In this document: positions 1-8,256 of the stretch, in pieces | How the letters are laid out: each line of letters starts with the position of its first letter | Position numbering within the stretch: the first letter of the stretch is position 1 | From: a virus | Taxonomy: Duplodnaviria > Caudoviricetes | Virus record (IMG/VR): IMGVR_UViG_3300042013_000103 | Reading direction: 5' to 3' (one strand) | DNA: 64,000 nucleotides | Translations under genes and position numbers: made by a program | The notes under the pieces: generated by a model | Databases searched by the model: none | What the model was told of the DNA's origin: nothing | The model's input: only the letters and a program-made list of their open reading frames with translations

Positions 1-1
1 C

Positions 2-2599
2 AATGGTGATCCCATCTGCATCGATATAGAACCCTTGCTCACGGCAATTCCATGCCCAGCAACCGTAGAAACCACCATCGTATTTCTTGGTGTCCGGTGC
101 CCCAAAGCTATCTTCATAGCTGTACCCAGCACGATTTCGCTGACTGCGGTTATTCAGGAAATAGATGCCCGAAGCGTTATAGGCCGTCATACCGAAGTCT
201 TGGTTGTCTTCAGCCGTGCAATTAGACACCACACCGTAGCTGTAGGTATCAAAGTTACCGTATTCCCACACTGGTCCCCAATCCGTGGTGGCCGAGAAAC
301 CATTGTCTTCTTTGGCCCGGGTGAATTTGCAGCCATCGATGATCTGGTTGCGGCAACGCATGGTGGAGAACGAGTCGATAGGGCCGTTGTCAGCCCACAC
401 GTTGTACACCCGCAGGTTGTCGATGTAGCTAAAGCGCACGGCACTGTCGTTGTCCGAACCATCGCCATGAGCGTAGGTGAAGGTCATCTGGTCGGCGTTA
501 CCATTGATGTAGGCCCCGTTACCAAATACCGTCACATTCTTCAAGGCCACCGCCGGGACGTTGATGGTGTCCGAAGCGAACACAAAAGTCTTCTGCCGCG
601 TCGTTGCCGTCAATCGAACGTTGCCATGGTGGAACAATGTGAAGTCGGAGATGTCGAACAGCACTTGACTGTCCACCGTCCATTCACCCACGGTAAATGG
701 GATCAACAATACCCGTGACTTGGTCTTGTTTTCTCTCAGCGCCTCGATGGCCCGGAGCAAGGCAGGTCTGATGTTGGACCCTTCAGCCGGTAACTTGAAG
801 TCGTCAATCGAAACCGCCTGTTCCAACAACTTGTCCTGAATGAATCGGGACACTGCGTTGTCGCCCCCTTGAATAGTAGTTACTACGGAAGCACCCGGTG
901 TTACCCCTGTGGCGATCAACAATTGCTTGAAGGCATTGACTTCCGCTTGCGCGGCATCAGCTGCAGCCGGTACAGCAGCCTGCGCTAACAACTTACTGGC
1001 GTTTGCCTCCGCCGATGCCGCCACCGCAGTAATGGCATTCGCTTCAGCATCATCCCGGGCATCCAGAGACTGATCACGGTAACCGGCGGCTTGTTGCGTG
1101 CTGGCTAGAACCAGGTCCTCAGTGGCCTTGGCATTGATCTCTGCTTGCTCTGCTGCTGTCTGTGCAGTTTCTGCCCGGGTTGCTGAAGTGTCAGCTGAGG
1201 CAGCGGCAGCATCAACGGTAGCGGCACCTTCAATGGCCTCGACTGCCGCTTGTTGGGCTTGCAATGTCAAGGTTTGCGTGGTCGTTAGCGACTCCAAGGC
1301 GTCAACCGCGAACGCTTCCGACGCGTCCCGCGCAGTGACTGCTTGCAGCGCAGCGGTTTGCGTGGACGTTACTGCCAGGTCCGTGGCTTCTTTGGCGGTG
1401 CTAGCCAGCAGCGCGGCGGCCTGTGCTTCCGTCCGTGCCGATAACGAATCGATGGCAAAGGCTTCGGAGGCGTCCCGCGCCGTAAGGGATTCCAACGCAG
1501 AAGCCCCGGCGGCATCTTTGGAAACCACAGCTTCCGCAGCAGCAGCTTCGACTTCGCCCTTGGTAACCACGGCGGCTGCTGCGATGACTTCAGTGGCGTC
1601 CTTAGCAGCGACCGTTAACTGGAGTGCTGCTTCAGCCCCGTCTTTGGCAGTGGTTGCATCCGTCACCAACCCTTCGAGATCCCCTACGGTGTTCGCCGCA
1701 TTGGCTGCGAACGCTTCAGCTGAATCCCGCGCCTCGCCAGCCTGTTGGGCCGCGGTTTGGGCAGTAGAGGAAAACCCTTGCGCCGCATTCCGTGCCGTAA
1801 CCGTTTGACCCAACGCTGTTTGGACGTCAGCGGCCAGCGTCACGGTGGTGTCTTTAGCAGCAACTGCTTGACCGGCGGCGGTTGCTGCCGCCCCTGCACT
1901 GGTGCCTGCGTGCTGTTCCGAAAGCAAGGCTGCAGCTGCGCTGGCCTCCGCCTCGTCTTTACTTTGGACCGTCAGGTTCTTTGCTGCTTCCACTGTTGCA
2001 GCGGCTGCCACCACGGCAGTATGGGCATTAACCACGATGGTGCGGTCGGTGGCCACTTCTTCAGCTAACTCTTCCGTCCGCTGCGCATCGCCTGAGGCTT
2101 GGGACGCAGCGATCAAGGCAGAGTCTCTGGCAGCATTGGCACCGGTAACGGCCCCAGCGGCTTGTGCGGCCGAGGTATTAGCCGCCCCTGCGGAGGCTTG
2201 GGCAGCGGCAGCCGAGGTGTAGACCTGGAGCAAAACGCTGTCCAGTTCTTCTTGCAGTCCTTCCACAATCGCGATGTCAACGGTGGTCCACCGCCCCACA
2301 CCCTGTTGGTCGGCCATCAAGACCTTGCCGTACATGGAACTGTTTCGCGCGTACAGCGCGTGCGTGCAATCCAGCCACTGTTGCAAGGTACCAATGAAAC
2401 CGTTACTCACGGCAAAGTCATAGGCAGTTGCGGCAGCTCGGAGTTTGTTAGCCAACACCCGGTAGTTCGTATAGACACCCGCCGAGTTGCGCTTGACCAC
2501 TTCTACGTATTCTTCCCCGGACACGGTTTGCAGAAGTGGAAAGCCCGACAGTTTGTTCGGGTTGGCTGGAGGGTCCGGCAACAGGTTTGGAGCGGTCAT
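2..2599 (-). CDS. Tail spike/fibre, 3'-truncated by the window edge: N-terminal attachment domain, Ala-rich coiled-coil stalk, parallel beta-helix (putative polysaccharide depolymerase)
   Basis: Manually translated; absent from the ORF track because it has no stop in the window. ATG at 2599 with AAGGAGG SD. MTAPNLLPDP...AYDFAVSNGFIGTLQQWLD, then ~430 aa Ala-rich stalk, then RFIQDKLLEQAVSIDDF and beta-helix-type repeats (IDGCKFTRAKEDNGF, VSNCTAEDNQDFGM, FYGCWAWNCREQGFYI). Confidence 0.8.
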   Translation of the reverse strand, partial: MTAPNLLPDPPANPNKLSGFPLLQTVSGEEYVEVVKRNSAGVYTNYRVLANKLRAAATAYDFAVSNGFIGTLQQWLDCTHALYARNSSMYGKVLMADQQGVGRWTTVDIAIVEGLQEELDSVLLQVYTSAAAAQASAGAANTSAAQAAGAVTGANAARDSALIAASQASGDAQRTEELAEEVATDRTIVVNAHTAVVAAAATVEAAKNLTVQSKDEAEASAAAALLSEQHAGTSAGAAATAAGQAVAAKDTTVTLAADVQTALGQTVTARNAAQGFSSTAQTAAQQAGEARDSAEAFAANAANTVGDLEGLVTDATTAKDGAEAALQLTVAAKDATEVIAAAAVVTKGEVEAAAAEAVVSKDAAGASALESLTARDASEAFAIDSLSARTEAQAAALLASTAKEATDLAVTSTQTAALQAVTARDASEAFAVDALESLTTTQTLTLQAQQAAVEAIEGAATVDAAAASADTSATRAETAQTAAEQAEINAKATEDLVLASTQQAAGYRDQSLDARDDAEANAITAVAASAEANASKLLAQAAVPAAADAAQAEVNAFKQLLIATGVTPGASVVTTIQGGDNAVSRFIQDKLLEQAVSIDDFKLPAEGSNIRPALLRAIEALRENKTKSRVLLIPFTVGEWTVDSQVLFDISDFTLFHHGNVRLTATTRQKTFVFASDTINVPAVALKNVTVFGNGAYINGNADQMTFTYAHGDGSDNDSAVRFSYIDNLRVYNVWADNGPIDSFSTMRCRNQIIDGCKFTRAKEDNGFSATTDWGPVWEYGNFDTYSYGVVSNCTAEDNQDFGMTAYNASGIYFLNNRSQRNRAGYSYEDSFGAPDTKKYDGGFYGCWAWNCREQGFYIDADGITI

Positions 2600-2617
2600 G
2601 GTGCATCCTCCTTATCG

Positions 2618-3430
2618 TTAAGCGAGACTGTCGTAGCAGTCCTGCATCTTTTTGCTGTACTTGGCGACCGCCCCTACCCCGTTGTAATACCGAGCAAAGG
2701 TTACGAAGTCTTTCGCTCGAATGGCTTTGAGCAACGCTGGTTGTGACTGGATGAACCGGACGAACGCGGCCAATTGACCCTGTTCTGAACGGGACATGTC
2801 CGCCACCATGTCTTGCACCGAGGCGTACCCCAGCAACTTCCAGTGGTAGCCCATGATCTGGTAAGCGCCCCACGAGCACGCTTCCAATGCAGAAGCCTCG
2901 TCCAACGTTTTGGCAATGGCCAAGCGGTCGTATTCTGCTTCGTCGCCCAAGTACCCACCCGTGGACGCATTCACTATGTTCGGGTAGCGCTTCTCGGCGT
3001 CCGCGGTACTCTGGCCTTTGGCCAGCATCTGTTTGCGCATCCAGTGGCGTTCGAACAGGATTGTCGGGCGGCCATCGGGGAGGAACCCGCCTTTCGGGGA
3101 TTCCACTTTGTTCACGGTGGCCACCGCCCGGGGTTCAGCCCCCAGGGTCTTGGCCGCATCGTCGATGTCAGCTTGGGTCAAACGACCCGGAGTAGACGTA
3201 CGCGACAACGCTGCTGTGATCTTTGGGACACGCAGGGCATCCCAGGTGTCCTTGCCGACGATACCGTCAGCGTCCAGACCACGGGCTTTTTGAAAGGCTT
3301 TGACTGCGGTGTTGGTACCGCCCCCGAAGTCCCCGTCATCGTTGACAGGAAACCCCTGGGCGGTGAGTAAACGTTGCAATGAAAACACCGCATCGCCTTG
3401 GTCTTTCAACCGTAGTGTTTTATCGGCCAT
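2618..3430 (-). CDS. Modular endolysin: PG-binding domain plus N-acetylmuramidase (DUF3380-type)
   Basis: N-terminal LRLKDQGDAV...AVKAFQKARGLDADGIVGKDTW; catalytic motifs ILFERHW, SWGAYQIMGYHW, FARYYNG. Start set to MADK (3430), just after the upstream stop at 3432. Confidence 0.92.
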   Translation of the reverse strand: MADKTLRLKDQGDAVFSLQRLLTAQGFPVNDDGDFGGGTNTAVKAFQKARGLDADGIVGKDTWDALRVPKITAALSRTSTPGRLTQADIDDAAKTLGAEPRAVATVNKVESPKGGFLPDGRPTILFERHWMRKQMLAKGQSTADAEKRYPNIVNASTGGYLGDEAEYDRLAIAKTLDEASALEACSWGAYQIMGYHWKLLGYASVQDMVADMSRSEQGQLAAFVRFIQSQPALLKAIRAKDFVTFARYYNGVGAVAKYSKKMQDCYDSLA

Positions 3431-3431
3431 G

Positions 3432-3968
3432 TTAGCCTTCCTCGTGTTCAAGTTCGCGGATGCCGCCGTTCTCGTTCAGGCGGATACCGCCGTCTTCCAG
3501 TACGCGGGCATACGGGGAGACACTCAGGATTTCCAGGGTGATCTCCACCTCACCATAATAGGCATAAGAGCCGGTCATGGCACGCAGCATATATTTCACG
3601 ACGGTTTCGCCATTGAGTTCAATCAACGCGGTGGAGAAACTGATGTCGTCCGGACCCAACTGCATGTTGAGCGCGCGGTTGATTTCGATGGCGATCGAGG
3701 CCGGAGATGGACGGCCCATTAAGCGGAACACCGCTGTGTCACCAAATACTTTCTTTATGTCCAAACGACGGAATACGTACCACTCTTTCCGTTGGGTTCG
3801 GGTATTGATCATCTCAATGTAAGTACGACCGGGAACACTTTGCAATGGGGCGAAGAACATATCTTCGAACGTCACTGTCTCTGCCGTGATGGTAGATTGA
3901 GTGGTTTCTTGTATAAGTCGCACCAAAGCGTCGCGTGACGGCAGGTCGTAAGGAAAGCGATCGCTCAT
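3432..3968 (-). CDS. phiKZ-like virion structural protein, paralog of 21638-22516 and 22526-22957
   Basis: Shared pattern LVRLI..., RRLDI, LNMQLGPDDI, SYAYYG; GAGG SD before MSDRF. Confidence 0.65.
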   Translation of the reverse strand: MSDRFPYDLPSRDALVRLIQETTQSTITAETVTFEDMFFAPLQSVPGRTYIEMINTRTQRKEWYVFRRLDIKKVFGDTAVFRLMGRPSPASIAIEINRALNMQLGPDDISFSTALIELNGETVVKYMLRAMTGSYAYYGEVEITLEILSVSPYARVLEDGGIRLNENGGIRELEHEEG

Positions 3969-4060
3969 GTTCATCCCTCGGTTGACGTGGCTTATGAATT
4001 TAAGGTAACCCACATAGCATTATAAAGCCCCTCCCATAAAGGGAGGGGCAGTATTATTAT

Positions 4061-4477
4061 TCAAGGGGGAGGCGGTGGAGCTGAAAGTCGTTCACTGACC
4101 ACACCGGTGATGGAGTCCACGATGTGGTTGATGATGATCACGGCGTTACCGCTCAGTGGGACGTCGGATTGCAGCTCCCGGAAGCCCATCACACAGAATC
4201 CACACACACCCACCAGTGCCATCCCCACCATCAAGTTCTTATAGTTGTTGCTGTCCCGTACAGTCCCAAACACTTTGTTCAACATGGCCGTTTGACGTTC
4301 CATGTCTTTGACTTTATAAATCCGATTTAACACGGACTCGCCCGTGCTTGACAGATTGATCGCGTCTTCGCCAGTGGTTTCTAACATGCTGTTGAGGTAA
4401 GTACGAATTACCTTGCCTTGCTTGTCTTTGGCGAGTGGGCTGTCTCCCAAGTTAATGAGCGTTTCCTCTAGGGTCAT
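4061..4477 (-). CDS. Membrane protein, holin/antiholin candidate
   Basis: 138 aa; hydrophobic segment LMVGMALVGVCGFCVMGF; lies between the spanins and the endolysin. Confidence 0.4.
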   Translation of the reverse strand: MTLEETLINLGDSPLAKDKQGKVIRTYLNSMLETTGEDAINLSSTGESVLNRIYKVKDMERQTAMLNKVFGTVRDSNNYKNLMVGMALVGVCGFCVMGFRELQSDVPLSGNAVIIINHIVDSITGVVSERLSAPPPPP

Positions 4478-4820
4478 GATTCTGCTCCAACTTACGTTGT
4501 AGTTGGTCCCAGCTCCACAGCTTCCTTACTTGTAAATTACACAGCCCCAGTTCAGCAGTTCGTACTTCCGAAAATTCGTACATCAACAGGAAGCGAGCTT
4601 CCCAGACATTCGTGATACCCTGACCTTTGTACTGCGCCAAAGCGTTCTTTAATTCGGTTTCGGTGGGCGGGTCACTTACGGCGCACGGCAGCAGGAGAAT
4701 CGACGGGACGGGCTTGTGACGAGTTATCACCACGGGCTCGGGAGGCGGATGCGCGCATGCGTTTAGCAATAACACCAATGCCATGATCAGCAGCAGCCGC
4801 GGGAAAGGATGGGAGCACAA
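4452..4820 (-). CDS. o-spanin-like lipoprotein (Rz1-like)
   Basis: Hydrophobic signal with lipobox LLLNA-C, Pro-rich segment after the Cys, further Cys residues; overlaps the 3' end of the i-spanin in another frame. Start is TTG 4820 or ATG 4784. Confidence 0.7.
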   Translation of the reverse strand: MCSHPFPRLLLIMALVLLLNACAHPPPEPVVITRHKPVPSILLLPCAVSDPPTETELKNALAQYKGQGITNVWEARFLLMYEFSEVRTAELGLCNLQVRKLWSWDQLQRKLEQNHDPRGNAH

Positions 4821-5205
4821 CGCCGCCGGGCTGCACCACGCCCAGGTAGGTGCCGTCGTCTTCGGTGACCTTGGCAGGGGTTGCCAGCCGGGGAGTGATG
4901 TACTCATGGATAAAAGTCTTCCGTTGTTTTTCGGTTTTGATTTGAGCCTCTGCTTTTTCCACGGCGTAAGTAGCCACCGTGGAATCTGTGACGATCGCAG
5001 TGACCGCGTCTTGTTTCGCCTCCGTGGTCAATACCCCGACCGAGGTGGCCAACTTGGCGTTGTTGGACCAAGCGGTTTTCACCGTACCCGCCAACAGGTA
5101 CACCGCCAACCCACCGGCAACAAGGACACCGACCAATAGCCATTCGTGCCATTTGAGTCCGGACAGTTTAAGTCCTGCCAGTGCAATGCCAGGTAGTGCT
5201 AACAT
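4672..5205 (-). CDS. i-spanin-like protein (Rz-like)
   Basis: One N-terminal TM (WLLVGVLVAGGLAVYLLAG) followed by a helical periplasmic region; overlaps the lipoprotein gene; GGGAG SD. Confidence 0.65.
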   Translation of the reverse strand: MLALPGIALAGLKLSGLKWHEWLLVGVLVAGGLAVYLLAGTVKTAWSNNAKLATSVGVLTTEAKQDAVTAIVTDSTVATYAVEKAEAQIKTEKQRKTFIHEYITPRLATPAKVTEDDGTYLGVVQPGGVVLPSFPAAAADHGIGVIAKRMRASASRARGDNSSQARPVDSPAAVRRK

Positions 5206-5218
5206 AAGTAAGCTCCCG

Positions 5219-5782
5219 TTAAACGACGTCCGTCAGGTAGTACAGCCCAATCATGCTGGCGTCGACGGCGTGTTCATCCAGATCTTCCAGAGGAACCCAC
5301 CATTCAATGTCAGTACGGGCCCGTGCAGCTCGACGTACGTCTTCTTTGTCCGTCCCTTTGATTTTCTTCATCCCGGCATTGATCTTCACGGTCGTGGGGT
5401 CCACGAGGTAAAGGGGGGCGAAGGGATCCACTTCAAAGAGGGCGGACCTACATGCCGCGACGCACTCCACCAGAGCGGCGAAGGCGTTAACGAATCGTCC
5501 TTTATAGTTAGATTCTACAATCACAGCATTGGGCCGGATCGTGCGGATCATGTTGGTTACGGTATCCCGTAAGATCATCAATCTAACCTGCCGTGACCCG
5601 TGCAGGTCAGCGAAGGCTGTATAACCTGGGTGCGTGTCCCGGAGATGTTCCGTGAAGGCATGACGCACAATCTTCTTTGACCCGTCCAGCAGGTCGTCGA
5701 GGATGGCTATACCTAGATGTGACGATCCGGGGTCAAACGCCAAGACCGTGAAGGGCTTGATTGAAACCGGCATCGTCAACAT
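5219..5782 (-). CDS. ruvC: RuvC-like Holliday junction resolvase
   Basis: LAFDPGSSHLG, VIVES, K/G-rich KGTDKEDV and DEHAVDA acidic motifs. Confidence 0.85.
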   Translation of the reverse strand: MLTMPVSIKPFTVLAFDPGSSHLGIAILDDLLDGSKKIVRHAFTEHLRDTHPGYTAFADLHGSRQVRLMILRDTVTNMIRTIRPNAVIVESNYKGRFVNAFAALVECVAACRSALFEVDPFAPLYLVDPTTVKINAGMKKIKGTDKEDVRRAARARTDIEWWVPLEDLDEHAVDASMIGLYYLTDVV

Positions 5783-5791
5783 GGTAAATCC

Positions 5792-6679
5792 TTAAGCAAA
5801 CTGCGCTACGTTGAGGGCGGTGGTGCCCAGCGTAGGTTCCACGCCGCCGACGTCGAAGCTCAGGGTGAGGCCTTTGGAGTTGTAGCCCACTGGGTGGTTG
5901 GTGGCGATGTGCACGTTGATCTGGCATGCGATCACTTCGTCGTACATGAACGCCCCGGCAGTACCGGACTGCCCTTCCACCGACACGGTCACGCCCGAAC
6001 ACAGGCCGATCTCGGAGATCACGGGGGAGTTCATCGACCCGGTACGAATGCGGTGCGCCTCGGTGATTTCTTTGATCTCTTCGGCCGAGAGCTTGACGGT
6101 GACGATCGCTGACGCAGAGATGGTCTTGTTGGAACCGACCACGGTGCCGTTGTTGGAGATGACTGGCGGGATTGGGTTCAGGTCGTCGGCCGTAGGCACG
6201 TACGGACGGGTCACCACTTGGTTATCGATGATCTCGATTTCCAACAGTTGTGGCACCACGGTCGCTACGTCCATACCCCGGGCATAGTACGCGAAGTACT
6301 GTACGCCTTGGTGGACTTCGATCCGACGCAGGTGGAAGTTCTGGCGACGGGACGCGTCGAAGTCGTTGGTGAGTTCACGCAACGCCCACGGGATGTGGTT
6401 GTACAGACCCATGTGGTTGGTGCGGTGACGGCGGTTCACGGTTTCGTCCGAACCGTCATCAGCCCGAACGGTGTAGTGACCCATGTTGCCAATCACCAAG
6501 TACCGCACGTAAGGCGACACGCCCACAGCTGGCTTGACGTTGTTCTGGATACCGAACTTTTCGTTCAGGGTGGTGTGGGGAATGATGTCAAACTTCAACC
6601 CCAAGAACTTGGTGGTCTGAAGGTAGGCACCCGCGTACGTGCGCGTGACGTTGATAATTTGTTGGTCAATAGCCGACAT
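5792..6679 (-). CDS. Conserved phiKZ-like virion structural protein
   Basis: 295 aa with phage codon bias; motifs [25 protein letters not shown] recalled from phiKZ-like virion genes; synteny. Confidence 0.6.
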   Translation of the reverse strand: MSAIDQQIINVTRTYAGAYLQTTKFLGLKFDIIPHTTLNEKFGIQNNVKPAVGVSPYVRYLVIGNMGHYTVRADDGSDETVNRRHRTNHMGLYNHIPWALRELTNDFDASRRQNFHLRRIEVHQGVQYFAYYARGMDVATVVPQLLEIEIIDNQVVTRPYVPTADDLNPIPPVISNNGTVVGSNKTISASAIVTVKLSAEEIKEITEAHRIRTGSMNSPVISEIGLCSGVTVSVEGQSGTAGAFMYDEVIACQINVHIATNHPVGYNSKGLTLSFDVGGVEPTLGTTALNVAQFA

Positions 6680-6741
6680 GTTCTATTTCCTGAACTGAGG
6701 TGGTTAGGCGAAGTACTGTTGTACCATTGGGTAAGGACGTA

Positions 6742-7230
6742 TTACTTGAGTGATTCCAAATCGCCACGCACCATAATGCACGCCCACAACTGCCCGGCTT
6801 CGCTCGGTTTGATCTCGTGGAGTTCGCGCAGGCTGAAGCCAATGGTGTCGCCTCGGTTCAACACAAGCGGGTTGCCATTGATCAAAAACGTTTGGTTGTC
6901 TTGCAACGACACGGTGATGATCTTGCCGGCCATGAACTTGTCGACCCAGTAATTCATCAGGTCCAGGAAACCGGTGCCCGCCGGGATCTCCAGGAAGTGC
7001 CCGATCACGGCTTTGGCCACGACCTTTTCAGGGAAGGCGTCTTTGAACGCCCGGCGCTGTGCACTGGTCCAGTTGAACCATTTCGAGTAGTTATAAATGC
7101 TGCAGGCTTTGCTGCCATTCGCCCCCATGCGGCAACGGTTGCCGTAGGAGTCTTTGAAAGGGACTGCGCCTTTCACGGACAGCAAGGCGTCCACTTGGGC
7201 CTCGCTGCGTTTCTCGTAACGTGTGTACAT
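6742..7230 (-). CDS. Degenerate double-stranded beta-helix (2OG-oxygenase/cupin-like) protein
   Basis: FLEIPAGTGFLD...LNRGDTIGFSLRELHEIKP resembles a DSBH; the distal His is kept but there is no HxD. Confidence 0.4.
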   Translation of the reverse strand: MYTRYEKRSEAQVDALLSVKGAVPFKDSYGNRCRMGANGSKACSIYNYSKWFNWTSAQRRAFKDAFPEKVVAKAVIGHFLEIPAGTGFLDLMNYWVDKFMAGKIITVSLQDNQTFLINGNPLVLNRGDTIGFSLRELHEIKPSEAGQLWACIMVRGDLESLK

Positions 7231-7241
7231 AACGACTCACC

Positions 7242-7724
7242 TTATTCGTAGAGGAACACCAGGACGTACCGTTTGTGTTGCACGGGGGGCACGCGGTGGG
7301 GCACGGAGCGGGAAGGGAAACAAATCCCTTCCCCGGGCACGTCAGCGACGAATTCCCCTTGGATCTCTATGCCGTCCCCACAGTCGTTCAGAGCGACGAC
7401 CATGTTGTGGCGGTACCTTGCGAGGTCCACGTGCTCCGGCATCCCCATACCCACGTCGTAGCGGTTCACACACGCTTCTGCGAGCTTACACGTGGGGATC
7501 TTGGGGGCGAGGGCAAACAAATACTCTGCCAGCTCCTTGGGCATCTGTTTATCGCCCATGAACAGGTAGTTGGCTTCGGTGGTGCCCTGGGTGGGAATGC
7601 TGTTGATCTTCTTGCGGTTGTAGAAGTAGCAATCAGGAACCGTGTCCAATACCGCGACGAGTTCCTGCGCAACCTCAGCCGAAAACGCGACCACCCTCAA
7701 TTGTTCTTGGGCCAAGCGATTCAT
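7242..7724 (-). CDS. 2OG-Fe(II) dioxygenase
   Basis: VNRYDVGMGMPEHVD (HxD), VVALND, FPSRSVPHRV (distal His), KRYVLV (2OG-binding Arg). Start uncertain (ATG 7724 or a nearby GTG). Confidence 0.8.
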   Translation of the reverse strand: MNRLAQEQLRVVAFSAEVAQELVAVLDTVPDCYFYNRKKINSIPTQGTTEANYLFMGDKQMPKELAEYLFALAPKIPTCKLAEACVNRYDVGMGMPEHVDLARYRHNMVVALNDCGDGIEIQGEFVADVPGEGICFPSRSVPHRVPPVQHKRYVLVFLYE

Positions 7725-8235
7725 GGACACCGCCAGCGTATCGGCGGGCAGCCGCTTCTTCAGATTCTGCATTTGTGATGTAAATGTAGTCAGGAGATTC
7801 AATGTAGTGTTCCTTCTGCACTTTGTTCAACTGCTTCACTTCAGCAATGAAGTCCAACAGCTCGGCCAGCTCCGGCAATTCGATGCCGTGTTCTTTGGCC
7901 AACAGCTGCACAGCACGCCCGACGATGTTGACTTGTTCGGCCACCGGATACGCTTTGGTGATCTTGTACGCGACCTGGGTGTCCAGCTGGGCCTCGTACA
8001 CTTTCTGCGGACCTTCCAGCTTGTTTTTGATGACGTAGTCCGGGTACGTACCCTCCACCTCATCCTCGAGCAGGTCAAACTGACCTTCCTCGTAAATGTA
8101 CAGCTCCTGACCCGACAAGGTGGCCGGGTCCATCCATGGGAATTGGGCCAGCGGTTCACCCGAGGCTTTGTTGAACACCAAGATCACACGTTGACGGCCG
8201 GTGAGCGAGGCCAGTTTTTTGATTGTATCGTCCAT
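7675..8235 (-). CDS. Putative tail-fibre assembly/chaperone protein
   Basis: Directly follows the last fibre gene; KITKAYPVAEQVNI resembles the I..YP..Q.N motif of fibre-associated proteins; GGAG SD. Confidence 0.4.
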   Translation of the reverse strand: MDDTIKKLASLTGRQRVILVFNKASGEPLAQFPWMDPATLSGQELYIYEEGQFDLLEDEVEGTYPDYVIKNKLEGPQKVYEAQLDTQVAYKITKAYPVAEQVNIVGRAVQLLAKEHGIELPELAELLDFIAEVKQLNKVQKEHYIESPDYIYITNAESEEAAARRYAGGVHESLGPRTIEGGRVFG

Positions 8236-8256
8236 AGGGTTCTCCACGAAAAAGTA

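Noticed and set aside
35-2746. Plus-strand ORFs over the left end, including Ala/Ser-rich ones
   Set aside because: Reverse-frame echoes of the minus-strand tail spike.
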